DNA from: a virus
IMG/VR virus record: IMGVR_UViG_3300025102_000012
Span: 1 to 64,000 of that record
DNA length: 64,000 bases
Strand: one strand, 5' to 3'
The stretch's first letter is position 1. Every line of letters begins with the position of its first letter. The position numbers and the translations under genes were made by a program. The notes beneath the pieces are model-generated. The model saw only the letters and a program-made list of their open reading frames with translations, had not been told where the DNA came from and searched no databases. Below, one piece after another: positions 1 to 9,816 of the stretch.

Positions 1-126
1 TCTCAAGAGAATAAAGATGAGTTTTTAACAGAAAGACTATTAGAGGCTTTAGAAATTAAAAAGCAATTTGATGAAACTATGGTCAAAATAATTAACAACC
101 TTGTAAGAAGAGAAGATATGAGATAA
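1..126 (+). CDS. Partial CDS (3' end), hypothetical
   Basis: Frame 1 open from base 1 to TAA at 124-126, abutting the SD of the next gene. Confidence 0.55.
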   Translation, partial: SQENKDEFLTERLLEALEIKKQFDETMVKIINNLVRREDMR

Positions 127-136
127 GGTGATTTCA

Positions 137-2200
137 ATGAATTCTGTTTATGCATATTGGTTTGAACTCATAAAGAATCAGCCTGTGCAAGAACTTACTT
201 TATTGACTACTTTATTTAGCGATAAACAAACAAATAATCTAGTTGAGGAATTAAATCGTAGAGAACCTGTTGAAAAACTAAAAGGAATACTATCTAGAAT
301 AAAATCGGGACAACTCACTGTTGAGACTCTTATGGCGAAGTTACCAAATCCTGCCGTATCTAAAGAAGAAATAGAACAAAGACTACAAAAAGTTCTAGAG
401 GCGGCAAGATTTGAAACACTAGGTTCATTAGGGCAACTTTTGGATAAGGTTATATCTCTAAAAACTAACATAGATGACCCTAATACAGAAACTACTGGGA
501 ATGATGTCTCGGAATTAAGTAAGTTAATAGATAAGATTTCTAAAATTCCTAAACCATCTCCCGCAACTCTAAGAAAAGATAAGATTACAAGAGAAAAATT
601 GGCCTATTTTAATAGAGTTATTAGGCCAAAACAAAAATTCACTATAAAATTTAAAGAAATTCCAGAAAACAGACAAGAGTTTGAGGAAAAAATAAATGAA
701 ATTGCTCAAATTGTTGTAAAAGAAGAAAAAGTAGGAGAAGAAACTATCACCACCTACTTAGGAAGGCTAGAGAATGATGAATTTATCACTTCTTTTGACA
801 ATCAAAAAGATTTTTTGCAGTTTTTATCCGAAAGACCCGAAGAAAAGCAAAAGTTTTCCGAAAATGTTGGAAAGTTTTCTCCGGATTTTGGAAATGTTAG
901 AGTTTCACGAAGCAAAAAGAAGAAAAGAAAGCAAATGAGTGAAGAAAAACTACAAGATTTGGTAATTAGAGGAGTAGAATTCCAAACTGCTGAAATAAAC
1001 AGTTTTTCCGGCATTAAAAATTATTTACAAGCGTTAGAAAAAATACCTTACTCTATAACTCCATTTTTACCAACCACTTTAGACTCCGGAAGTGTTGGTG
1101 GTCTTAGCGTTAGACAGAATCTTCCCTCTACTTTCTTTTTGACAAGACAATCAGTAGCAAATTTAGGAACTAGAGGGACTAGAAGTGTAGTTATGAATCC
1201 TTATGCTACTGTTTTGTTACAAAGCACTTATTCTAGTAGTAATTGGTTCCAAACTTTCTTTGCCGATGTAAGAAAGTCACAAGTTATAGGTAGAAACTTA
1301 GCAAACTTGATGGTTTTAGACGATATTTATGATACACTGAAACTAAACAAAGAAAGTCAATATGGTTTTACTAAGGATATGTTTGGCGAAATTAATTTAG
1401 ATGATAGAGAATCCGGAAGGAAAAAATTAAAGGAAATAATATTTACAGATAAGACTCTTAAGAGAGAATTCGATACCCAATCTAGACCAATTACACAAAA
1501 TGCAGGATTATATTTACTAACAGATTTTACAAAAAAAGAAGCAAAAGATTTAGAGAAAAATTGGAATGATGACTTAGAATTTGATTATGGTGAACTAGAA
1601 TTAGTTTACAAAGACTTTCAAGGAGTAACAGATGAGAAAAATTCAAAATATGTTACTATATTAGTGGACGGTAGGGCTAAAAATCCTGAAGAAATTGAAA
1701 GAATTATAAAACGAGAGAATTTAAAAATAGAATTGACTAAGTTAAGACAATTAGCAATAAACTCTAGTAAAGATGAAGAGATAGGAAATAAGTTTGTAGA
1801 ATATATATTATCTTTACCTACTGAAGAAATCACACAAATATTGACTACTTCTGCAAATAATTCTTCTAGTTTCCAAGACAAACTCAACCCTAAAAATAGT
1901 TTAATATTTTTATCTACTATAAGCGATAGATTAGTAGGAGAAAATAAAGGATTAGTAGCAGATGCGTTGGAGAAAGTTACAAAAACAGAAACTTTTGTAG
2001 AAAAACAAGAAATACTAACCGAATTGAATGATAAAATGCCTTCTTTTCTACAGTATTTAAAAAATAAAGTATTTGAAGCGTTCCAATCAGAACTTGATGA
2101 CTTTGCCAAAAACTACATTAGGGTGTCGGGTTCAAGCAAAGACAAGGCAATTAGGGCTATTGAGGTATTCAAGAGGTTTAATCTTTTAAAGGGTGATTAA
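137..2200 (+). CDS. Large hypothetical protein, candidate internal virion protein (N-terminal WFELIK motif)
   Basis: Long ORF; AGGTGA SD before ATG137; charged, helical composition. Confidence 0.7.
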   Translation: MNSVYAYWFELIKNQPVQELTLLTTLFSDKQTNNLVEELNRREPVEKLKGILSRIKSGQLTVETLMAKLPNPAVSKEEIEQRLQKVLEAARFETLGSLGQLLDKVISLKTNIDDPNTETTGNDVSELSKLIDKISKIPKPSPATLRKDKITREKLAYFNRVIRPKQKFTIKFKEIPENRQEFEEKINEIAQIVVKEEKVGEETITTYLGRLENDEFITSFDNQKDFLQFLSERPEEKQKFSENVGKFSPDFGNVRVSRSKKKKRKQMSEEKLQDLVIRGVEFQTAEINSFSGIKNYLQALEKIPYSITPFLPTTLDSGSVGGLSVRQNLPSTFFLTRQSVANLGTRGTRSVVMNPYATVLLQSTYSSSNWFQTFFADVRKSQVIGRNLANLMVLDDIYDTLKLNKESQYGFTKDMFGEINLDDRESGRKKLKEIIFTDKTLKREFDTQSRPITQNAGLYLLTDFTKKEAKDLEKNWNDDLEFDYGELELVYKDFQGVTDEKNSKYVTILVDGRAKNPEEIERIIKRENLKIELTKLRQLAINSSKDEEIGNKFVEYILSLPTEEITQILTTSANNSSSFQDKLNPKNSLIFLSTISDRLVGENKGLVADALEKVTKTETFVEKQEILTELNDKMPSFLQYLKNKVFEAFQSELDDFAKNYIRVSGSSKDKAIRAIEVFKRFNLLKGD

Positions 2201-2201
2201 A

Positions 2202-4646
2202 ATGTTAGAAGAATTAATGCAAGAAATCGAAACTCTAATCGAAACTACTTCATTAGATAGTGCCGCTTACAGACAAAAAAAGAAAGATATTAGGCAACGA
2301 TATGCTGAGTATTTAGACAAAGAAGAAGGATTAACTGCCGATAAAATAAAACCTAAAATTAAAGAGTTGGGTAAATTAATTAGAGGAAAGGAAAATGCTA
2401 AGAAGGTTCTTTCCGGTAAGTTTGTTTTAGACCCGCTTCTTCGTTTGAGAATGAGCGATGAAAAAGGTATTCCTTATGATATAGATGCGATATTAAATAG
2501 TAGATTAGGGCTAGTGAATATTGGAGTAGATAATGAAGAAGTGTCTTCAAAACAGTTTAAAACAACTATAGATAATTATGCTAAAACACTTTCTGAGGAA
2601 CAATCTTCAAATCTAAAAGCAAACTTTACTAAAATTAAAAGAGCCATAACCACTAAAAGCAAAAAAGCAGAAAGAGTTGCTAGAAGTAAAACTGTAAATG
2701 TAGATATTAATACTTACATAGGTGCGACTGATTTATCTAAAGGAATAGTTAGAGAAGATATTTATGAATTTTGGGGCGAAGTTTCTAAAAAATATTCAAA
2801 ATTTAAAACTAATTTAGATAAGTTCTTTGATGAAATTATTTCTAGTAAAGATATAATTGAAGAAATAAGTGGAAAAGATGTTGCAGAAAACATTGTAAAA
2901 GGAATTGTTGAAATCAAAAACAAATACGGGAATAAAAACCTTGAATACATTGTAGACTTTTCTAAAGTTAATATTCCTGTTACAGCAGACCCAAAGAAGA
3001 GACTAATAGCGGCTTTTGATAGAATAATTGATGCTGAACAATTATCTTATAAAACAGAAGAAGTCATTAATTCTGATATAGAAGAAGATGATTATGGCAG
3101 TACCCAAAGGGCTTGGGAGCAAGCATATATGGAAGCAGAAAATACTCTTAACTCTAGTGGAGAAAGAGGAGAAATAGAAATAGGGCTTGCCGGTGATGTT
3201 TTAGATTATGATATCGTTAGTTTACAAGAAGCAGAAAAACAAGATACTGACCCTCTTTTAGCCTATGAAATAATGAAAAATACTAAACTATTAGCACTCG
3301 ATACTAAAAGCGAAGCAATACTGAAAGAGGCTTTAGACGATATGAGAGAGAAAGCACTGTATTTAGATTTTAGAACTGACCTTAAAAGACTAATTGAAGA
3401 ATTAAAAGATACCCTTATCATTGATACTGAAACCTATACTTTACCTATTTCAGTTTTAGACAATAATGATTTTGCTAAGTTCGTAAAGATAGAAGGAACC
3501 TTAACAACTGCTTTAGCAAAAGAAGAAGTAACAAAAGATATATTAGAAGTTCTAGATGATTTGTTTGAGGAGATTCACGGCGTATTGACTACTGAAAAAT
3601 TTGGTTTTGCAGGAGGAGTTAGGGCTACTGGAAGAGGAGGAACTTTAGGAGGAGCATTACCTCCAAGACAAGAAGCAAGAGGAACTTCTATGCAAAGTTT
3701 AGTTAATGAGCCTAAAAGACAAGTTCCTGTTGGTATGGGAACTAGAGGAAAACTAAAACAAGAAATAAAAAATGCTGTAATTAATCCTCTAAAGGATTTA
3801 TTAGAAGCCTATTCGGAGTATTACATAGACCCTCTTTACATTGGTCGTTTACCTATTGAAGTTCCTTCGTATAGCACCGGAAGAGGGGCTAAAGCCCTAT
3901 CTGTATTTTTACAAGATGTAGGTGGAGTTAGCATAACAGCAGATAGCAATATAATGTTAGCAACAACCGAAAAAGCAACATTAAGTGTTCAAACTATGAG
4001 AGATTTGGCAAACTTTTTAGAAAAACTAGATTCTCCAAAAATTACTGTAGATGATGGTTTAGTTAGATTAGCGAAGAATTTTAGTATTGCTATGACTGAT
4101 ATTTTTGGTCAAGAAGAAAAGAATAGAAACTATGCTAGTGCTGTGTTAAAACATTTTATGACATTAACCGATGATGACCAACTAATAGATGAAGAATTAT
4201 TTGGAAGAAGAATAGGAGTTAGAGCAAATGAATGGCAAAGGGAATACAAAAGAAGAGTTCCACAACCCATTTTTGCCTTGCCCTATTTTGTTGATACTCA
4301 ACAGTCATTAATGACTAAAGATTCTAAAAGAAAGCAACAGTATAATAGACTAAGGCAAGTATTAGATGAAGTGGAAAATGATTTACCGCTTATCTTTACT
4401 AAGATGTTAAAGGCTCATGATGCTATTAGAAAGGCTATGGGAAAATCAATAATTTATGGTTTCATGCCTTTGAAACATGAGTCTTATGAAAAAATGATTG
4501 ATGTGTTGTATAAAGAAGAACAAATTGATATGAGTCATTTAGAAGTAAGTAATATAGTAAAGTCGGATGATTCCCATAGCAACCTTTCAAAAGAATATGG
4601 AATAACCACTGAACAAGTCTATTTGATTAAGGCTAACTTTAGGTGA
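2202..4646 (+). CDS. Large hypothetical protein, possible virion protein
   Basis: ~815 aa ORF; GGTGA SD; possible C-terminal HTH-like segment (HSNLSKEYGITTEQVYLIK). Confidence 0.7.
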   Translation: MLEELMQEIETLIETTSLDSAAYRQKKKDIRQRYAEYLDKEEGLTADKIKPKIKELGKLIRGKENAKKVLSGKFVLDPLLRLRMSDEKGIPYDIDAILNSRLGLVNIGVDNEEVSSKQFKTTIDNYAKTLSEEQSSNLKANFTKIKRAITTKSKKAERVARSKTVNVDINTYIGATDLSKGIVREDIYEFWGEVSKKYSKFKTNLDKFFDEIISSKDIIEEISGKDVAENIVKGIVEIKNKYGNKNLEYIVDFSKVNIPVTADPKKRLIAAFDRIIDAEQLSYKTEEVINSDIEEDDYGSTQRAWEQAYMEAENTLNSSGERGEIEIGLAGDVLDYDIVSLQEAEKQDTDPLLAYEIMKNTKLLALDTKSEAILKEALDDMREKALYLDFRTDLKRLIEELKDTLIIDTETYTLPISVLDNNDFAKFVKIEGTLTTALAKEEVTKDILEVLDDLFEEIHGVLTTEKFGFAGGVRATGRGGTLGGALPPRQEARGTSMQSLVNEPKRQVPVGMGTRGKLKQEIKNAVINPLKDLLEAYSEYYIDPLYIGRLPIEVPSYSTGRGAKALSVFLQDVGGVSITADSNIMLATTEKATLSVQTMRDLANFLEKLDSPKITVDDGLVRLAKNFSIAMTDIFGQEEKNRNYASAVLKHFMTLTDDDQLIDEELFGRRIGVRANEWQREYKRRVPQPIFALPYFVDTQQSLMTKDSKRKQQYNRLRQVLDEVENDLPLIFTKMLKAHDAIRKAMGKSIIYGFMPLKHESYEKMIDVLYKEEQIDMSHLEVSNIVKSDDSHSNLSKEYGITTEQVYLIKANFR

Positions 4647-4650
4647 TATT

Positions 4651-5013
4651 GTGACTTGGTTTGACATAATCAAAAACCGTAGGCAACGGCCTAAAGATAT
4701 AGAAGCCGGAGAGCGCTTTGATAGGGCTAGATTCAATTACCGAGGTAGACCCGGTGATGTCGCTAATCGTGGCGGTTCTGTAGATACTAGCAAACCAATT
4801 CAAGAATCATTAGACTCATTAAATTATAGACCTCAATTTGGTAGTTTCTTTGGTTCAATTAATAGAATGGTGCCAAAACATGAGAAGTTTGCACTTAGCG
4901 ATAAAAGGAATGCATCTAAGCATAAGAACTGGGCTAATCTTTTAAGAAACTATCAAAGCGAAGTCAAACAAATGATAGTAGATTCTGAAGCGAGGGAGAA
5001 AAGTGGAAACTAA
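4651..5013 (+). CDS. Hypothetical protein with N-terminal WFDIIK motif
   Basis: AGGTGA SD, GTG start, MTWFDIIK. Confidence 0.7.
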   Translation: MTWFDIIKNRRQRPKDIEAGERFDRARFNYRGRPGDVANRGGSVDTSKPIQESLDSLNYRPQFGSFFGSINRMVPKHEKFALSDKRNASKHKNWANLLRNYQSEVKQMIVDSEAREKSGN

Positions 5014-5518
5014 ACAAATGTCTCGTTCCTCTTTAGAAGATTTGTGGAACAAAACTTATGGAGAAGACCTACCTTCCGGAAGGCCAAAACCTGCTAAAAT
5101 GGATAGTTATTATCCTATTTCTACCATGAATGTGGCTTTAGATGAAGGTAAGCCAGTAGCGTATAGGGGATTTGGTAATATAGGAGATTATAATTTCATA
5201 GGTATGAGTTATACAATGCCCGAATATAGAAATAAAAGTATATATTCTAAATTAGAACCACCAATGCAAGGAAAGGTAATTGTCGGACTATCGCAAAGAA
5301 ACACTGGATTTAAACAAGAAGACTGGGTTAATTACTTCAAAGGAAAAGGATTCACAATTAATCCATCTGATGAAGAATTGGATGAAATGTTTGGTGAAGG
5401 CCATGAAGAAATAACTCATCATTTTATTAGATTTTATAGAAACCATGATAAAAATACATGGGCGGCTAAGAATACATCAGCAATCGCTAAATGGTGGGGA
5501 ATAGTAAAACAAAGGTGA
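5003..5518 (+). CDS. GNAT-fold acetyltransferase-like protein (C-terminal WWGIVK)
   Basis: VALDEGKPVAY beta-hairpin and SYTMPEYRNKSIYSKL resembling GNAT motif A. Confidence 0.55.
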   Translation: METKQMSRSSLEDLWNKTYGEDLPSGRPKPAKMDSYYPISTMNVALDEGKPVAYRGFGNIGDYNFIGMSYTMPEYRNKSIYSKLEPPMQGKVIVGLSQRNTGFKQEDWVNYFKGKGFTINPSDEELDEMFGEGHEEITHHFIRFYRNHDKNTWAAKNTSAIAKWWGIVKQR

Positions 5519-5522
5519 TATT

Positions 5523-5774
5523 ATGAACTGGCAAGATATATTGAAAAGAAAATCAGGTAGAAGAGGCAAGAAAGCCCGTAAGAAAAGAAAAAGAGGCGGA
5601 AAGAAGAAATCATCACCGTATGCAAATCCTAAATTAAGAGCGAGGATTGTTGCTCAAGTTAAAGCCATGAGCATTGGTGATGGTAAGGGTGCTAATGCTT
5701 CCGGTGGTTGGTCGGGTAACAAGGCTATGATTGCCGCAAAAAAATATAAAAAAGCAGGCGGCAGATACAAATGA
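5523..5774 (+). CDS. Very basic protein, DUF5872-like N-half, WQDILK leader
   Basis: YANPKLR...GGWSGNKAMIAAKKYKKAGGRYK resembles the remembered DUF5872 N-terminal consensus; K/R-rich. Confidence 0.55.
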   Translation: MNWQDILKRKSGRRGKKARKKRKRGGKKKSSPYANPKLRARIVAQVKAMSIGDGKGANASGGWSGNKAMIAAKKYKKAGGRYK

Positions 5775-6043
5775 ATTGGCGGCATGTTCTTAAAGCCAAA
5801 ACTAAGACTCAACAAAGTCTTTCGAGATGGATTAAGGAAGATTGGGGAACTCAAACAGAACATAAAGCCAAAGATAAAGGTAAAACTCCAAAGAAAGAAA
5901 AAACAAGAGGGCGTTATATGCCGAGAGCAAAATATAAAACAACCTCAAAGGGAACTTTGGATTATCAAGATAGAAAGAAAAGAAGAAGCGTAAAGGCAGG
6001 TAAAACAACTGCACCAACAGGAAAGAAGTTTAGTCAAAAGTGA
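5771..6043 (+). CDS. Basic protein, DUF5872-like C-half, WRHVLK leader
   Basis: QQSLSRWIKEDWGT...GRYMP resembles the remembered DUF5872 C-terminal consensus. Confidence 0.55.
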   Translation: MNWRHVLKAKTKTQQSLSRWIKEDWGTQTEHKAKDKGKTPKKEKTRGRYMPRAKYKTTSKGTLDYQDRKKRRSVKAGKTTAPTGKKFSQK

Positions 6044-6087
6044 TTATTATGAGTTGGAAACAAAGAAAAAACAAAGAGGATGAAAGC

Positions 6088-6468
6088 ATGACATGGAAAG
6101 ATATACTAAAATTAGACATCGAAGGATATAAGCGTTCTTATCCTTCTTTAAAGAGATTACCAGATGACGCAATAAGAGAGTTTGATAGAAGAATGAATGA
6201 CCCAATGACCAATGCAAATCGTTTAATTAGAGAATTAGAAGAAAAGTATGGAGTTGCTCGAAGACCTGCTGTTGGAAGAATGGTTAAGCAAGACATAAAA
6301 GCAAAAATACTCGCTGAAATTAAAAAAGAAGGCGGAGCATTAGGCATGAAAAACCTAAAACAATTCGGTGAAGAAGCAGAAATAAAAAGAGCCTTAGCCG
6401 AATTAGAAAAAGATGGTGATATATTTATGCATAAAGATGGAGACATTTATACTCATAAACCGAAGTGA
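6088..6468 (+). CDS. Hypothetical protein, WKDILK leader, C-terminal winged-helix-like domain
   Basis: GAGGA before ATG6088; KILAEIKKEGG...IKRALAELEKDGDI pattern. Confidence 0.6.
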   Translation: MTWKDILKLDIEGYKRSYPSLKRLPDDAIREFDRRMNDPMTNANRLIRELEEKYGVARRPAVGRMVKQDIKAKILAEIKKEGGALGMKNLKQFGEEAEIKRALAELEKDGDIFMHKDGDIYTHKPK

Positions 6469-6472
6469 TATT

Positions 6473-7285
6473 ATGACATGGACTAGTATTCTCAAACAAA
6501 CCGCATTGGTTGGTAAAGATGCTAGAAGTCCTAATATTTGGCTACATAGAAAAGCCACCACTAGAAATGTAGGTAGGCCAATGAAATCTAAACCGGAGAA
6601 TCTATCTACAATACCTATCCAAGTTCCTCAAGATAAATTTGAAGAATACTATAGTTTCCTTGCTGAATTTTATGCTGATGGTCGTTGGCAAGAGTTAGCA
6701 CAAGGGACTTTACAACAGGGCATAAACAATAGTAAAGTTAAACAAGTGCTGAAGGATTTTGAAAGAGGCAACATAAAAGTTACTAGACAATATTCGGATG
6801 AATTAGATGAGGCTATAGAAAAGCGATTAGAGAACATTATAAAATTAATGAGAGCAACTGGAGAGTTGATGAAAACTGGTAGTAGAAGTAGAATAAGAGA
6901 AGGTAGAGATTTAATTCGCTATGCTAAACAATTAGAAGAATCTTATGATAAGGGAATTTTAAAACAGGCTTCATATTATGATATTCTAAAAGTTTCATTT
7001 CTAAGTAAAAACTTCAAAATATCAAAAAAGTCCCTACTAGAAGTTGTAGAGGCTATACCGAAGAATCAAAAGTTTTCACTAAATGATATTGATTTTAGAA
7101 ATGAGTTTGCAGAAAAACTTGTTAGTAACGGGGTTAGAAGAAATAATGTAAGCATTAAGAGTTTTGAAAGTGTATATAGAAGATGGGCTATGATGACAGG
7201 TCGTAAAATACTATCAAATTCTTCATTAGTAATTGAAAATTTTAAGCCCAGTGGCGCTAAGACAAGCGAATATATTCGGGTTTGA
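6473..7285 (+). CDS. Hypothetical protein, WTSILK leader, internal YYDILK
   Basis: ATG6473 follows the upstream stop; motif at N-terminus. Confidence 0.65.
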   Translation: MTWTSILKQTALVGKDARSPNIWLHRKATTRNVGRPMKSKPENLSTIPIQVPQDKFEEYYSFLAEFYADGRWQELAQGTLQQGINNSKVKQVLKDFERGNIKVTRQYSDELDEAIEKRLENIIKLMRATGELMKTGSRSRIREGRDLIRYAKQLEESYDKGILKQASYYDILKVSFLSKNFKISKKSLLEVVEAIPKNQKFSLNDIDFRNEFAEKLVSNGVRRNNVSIKSFESVYRRWAMMTGRKILSNSSLVIENFKPSGAKTSEYIRV

Positions 7286-7289
7286 TAAA

Positions 7290-7865
7290 ATGGGTTGGAT
7301 GGATATTCTCAAGAGAAGAAAGTGGCAAGGCACACTTTCTAGTAAGAAAAAAGAAATACTTGAGAGAACTCCAAAAATAAAAATAAATATTCCTAAACTA
7401 AGTTATCCACAAGAAGAAACAGAAATACCTGCCATATTAAAAATAATGAAAGATAAAAAACTTAACTCAAAGCAAATGAAAGATGCAGACCTTAAGCCGG
7501 AAAAAGAGATGTTTGATATTGTCGGTGCAGATAAAGAAGACTATGAAGATTTAATTAAAGATATTAATTATTATGCCATGTCATTAAAAATGAAATACCA
7601 AAGACCAAGACCCCATCAAATAAGTAATAAAATCAAATCCACTAAAACAACTACAGACGATACTCCTGCTTTTCCTAGTGGTCACTCAATGGCCGCACAT
7701 GGTTTAGAAATAGCATTAGGTAAGAAATTCCCAAATAAGAAGAAAGAGTTAAAACAAATGGCTGATAGAATCTCACTATCTAGGGTGCAAATGGGTAGTC
7801 ATTATCCAAGCGATATAGATGCAGGAAATAAATTAGGATATTTAATAGGTGATGCGTATGAGTAA
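7290..7865 (+). CDS. PAP2-superfamily phosphatase (acid phosphatase/haloperoxidase fold), WMDILK leader
   Basis: All three PAP2 motifs: KMKYQRPRP, FPSGH, SRVQMGSHYPSD. Confidence 0.85.
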   Translation: MGWMDILKRRKWQGTLSSKKKEILERTPKIKINIPKLSYPQEETEIPAILKIMKDKKLNSKQMKDADLKPEKEMFDIVGADKEDYEDLIKDINYYAMSLKMKYQRPRPHQISNKIKSTKTTTDDTPAFPSGHSMAAHGLEIALGKKFPNKKKELKQMADRISLSRVQMGSHYPSDIDAGNKLGYLIGDAYE

Positions 7866-8196
7866 CTGGATGAATATTCTCAAAAAGAAAAAGAAACACC
7901 CTGCATTAAAGAGAGCAGGTGTTAGTGGTTTTAGTAAACCAAAGAGAACTCCAAAGCACAAAACCAAATCACATATTGTTGTTGTCAAAGATGGTGATAA
8001 AGTCAAAACTATTAGGTTCGGACAACAAGGAGTTAAAACAAACCAAACAGAAGGGCAACGAAGACAGTTTGAATCAAGACATAAAGAAAATATCAAAAGA
8101 GGTAAAATGTCTGCGGCTTATTGGGCTAATAAAGTAAAATGGAATCGAAAGAAAACCAAAGAAAAGAAAAACAAAAAGTGGCGGAAGGGAAGTTAA
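7858..8196 (+). CDS. Basic viral protein (DUF5754/DUF6321-like), WMNILK leader
   Basis: KTIRFGQQG...RRQFESRH...SAAYWANKVKW pattern; AGGTGA SD. Confidence 0.55.
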   Translation: MSNWMNILKKKKKHPALKRAGVSGFSKPKRTPKHKTKSHIVVVKDGDKVKTIRFGQQGVKTNQTEGQRRQFESRHKENIKRGKMSAAYWANKVKWNRKKTKEKKNKKWRKGS

Positions 8197-8948
8197 TGAA
8201 TTGGAAAGATATACTCAAAGTGGATAATGTCATTTTTGACCCTAAACAAAACGCTAGTGCTTTCTATGACCCGGGTACTAAAGAAATAACTTTGAATCTT
8301 GGTAATTTTCCCTATAAAGAAGGAGATTCTGAAGAAAAAGTGTTTGCTGATTTAGATTTGATTGTCACCCATGAAGCGGCACATAAAGCAGTTGATTCAG
8401 TTCTAGAAGAGAAGATGAATTCATTCGTAAGTGATTTAGGGAACCACATAGTAGACACATTGAATAGAAAAGAAGGTTCAACTAATAGGTTGATTGATAC
8501 GGGAATGAGAATGATGGAAATGATTGCTGTAGATGAAGCCTATGCTTATGCTACTGGTGCAACTACTCAAAAAAAGCCAAAAATCGCTGTTATGGAATCT
8601 ACTGTTGATTCTTTTTTAAGTGCTGTTCATGATATATTAGACCAAATAGCCGAACAAATTAAAAGCCACCGACAAGAATATGGTGAAGAGTTAACTAAAA
8701 ATTCATTAAAAATATTAAGTGCGATAGCGAGAGACTTACAAGAGAAAACATTAGCCGGTAGTGCTATAATAGAACAATCTGTTTCTGAATTTGTTTCTAG
8801 AATGAATAATATGTCGGATGAAGAAAAATATGAATATACTACACGAACTGCTAAAAAAATTAAAAGGGTGCCTTTATCGGAAGCAATAAGAACAAAAGTA
8901 TTGGATTATTTAGACAATAGTTCTAAATTAAATTTGCGTAGGGGATAA
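8196..8948 (+). CDS. Zincin-like (HEXXH) metallopeptidase-domain protein, WKDILK leader
   Basis: AFYDP..KEITL strand, VTHEAAH, downstream DEAYA. Confidence 0.6.
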   Translation: MNWKDILKVDNVIFDPKQNASAFYDPGTKEITLNLGNFPYKEGDSEEKVFADLDLIVTHEAAHKAVDSVLEEKMNSFVSDLGNHIVDTLNRKEGSTNRLIDTGMRMMEMIAVDEAYAYATGATTQKKPKIAVMESTVDSFLSAVHDILDQIAEQIKSHRQEYGEELTKNSLKILSAIARDLQEKTLAGSAIIEQSVSEFVSRMNNMSDEEKYEYTTRTAKKIKRVPLSEAIRTKVLDYLDNSSKLNLRRG

Positions 8949-8999
8949 GTTTGGAATTAAGAAATTGTTTGAATTGCTGAAAGCAGGTAAGTGAAAATA

Positions 9000-9812
9000 A
9001 TGCTAAAGTGGTGGGGTGTCATTAGGAAAGGTGAAGTCAAATACCTTACTAATAAGCAAATAAGAGATAAAGGCTTAAATGTTCCTATAGGTGCTATTGC
9101 ACAATATATTCACCCTACTATTCTTAATAATTACAATGACTCTACTCACGAAGGAGTGATTAGAGTTTATCTTACTGAAATAAAAAATGCAGTAGATATG
9201 ATGGCTCGTAAGAAAGAACTCGACTACAAAAAAGGCGGGGAAGAAATAAAAATAACTGATGAACAGAAAGAAAAAGCAATAGAAGAAATAATTAAGAGAA
9301 CCATATCTCATGAAGCAGGGCATGAAGGATATTTTTATGCTAGGGATTTAGACACACCGAATATATTTAGAGAGTATGATGAGAAACCCGAAAGACAGGA
9401 ATATGCCGCATATACTTCGGAGTTTCCAAACAACCCATATCTAAAATTAAAGAACTACCTAAAACATCCTGCAACAACTGACCCATCAAAGGCTAAATTT
9501 GTTGATAGTTATTTTGGTAAAATAGGTGCAGGAGTCGTTCCATTCAAAACAAATACTAAGGCTATGGCACAATTAGTCGGATGGGTAGATTCTTTAAAGG
9601 TGAAGTCTAAAGGAACTGTTAAGCCATTATCTCTAAAAGATAAGAATAAAATAGTTGCATTTGAGTTAGGTCTTAGAGCAAGAAATGAAGGCATGAGAGG
9701 TAGTGAATTTAGACAACCAGTAATAAAAAATGTAAACGATGCCTATGGAAGATATGGCATACAAAACTTATCAAAAGAAAATAAAACTTTTTTAAAGAGA
9801 ATATTTGGGTGA
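9000..9812 (+). CDS. Zincin-like (HEXXH) protein, WWGVIRK leader
   Basis: ISHEAGH with downstream QEYAAY. Confidence 0.55.
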   Translation: MLKWWGVIRKGEVKYLTNKQIRDKGLNVPIGAIAQYIHPTILNNYNDSTHEGVIRVYLTEIKNAVDMMARKKELDYKKGGEEIKITDEQKEKAIEEIIKRTISHEAGHEGYFYARDLDTPNIFREYDEKPERQEYAAYTSEFPNNPYLKLKNYLKHPATTDPSKAKFVDSYFGKIGAGVVPFKTNTKAMAQLVGWVDSLKVKSKGTVKPLSLKDKNKIVAFELGLRARNEGMRGSEFRQPVIKNVNDAYGRYGIQNLSKENKTFLKRIFG

Positions 9813-9816
9813 TAGC

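Noticed and set aside
4651-9030. WxDILK leaders as a DNA repeat or secretion signal peptide
   Set aside because: Codons vary at synonymous positions so conservation is at peptide level; no hydrophobic h-region for Sec/Tat export
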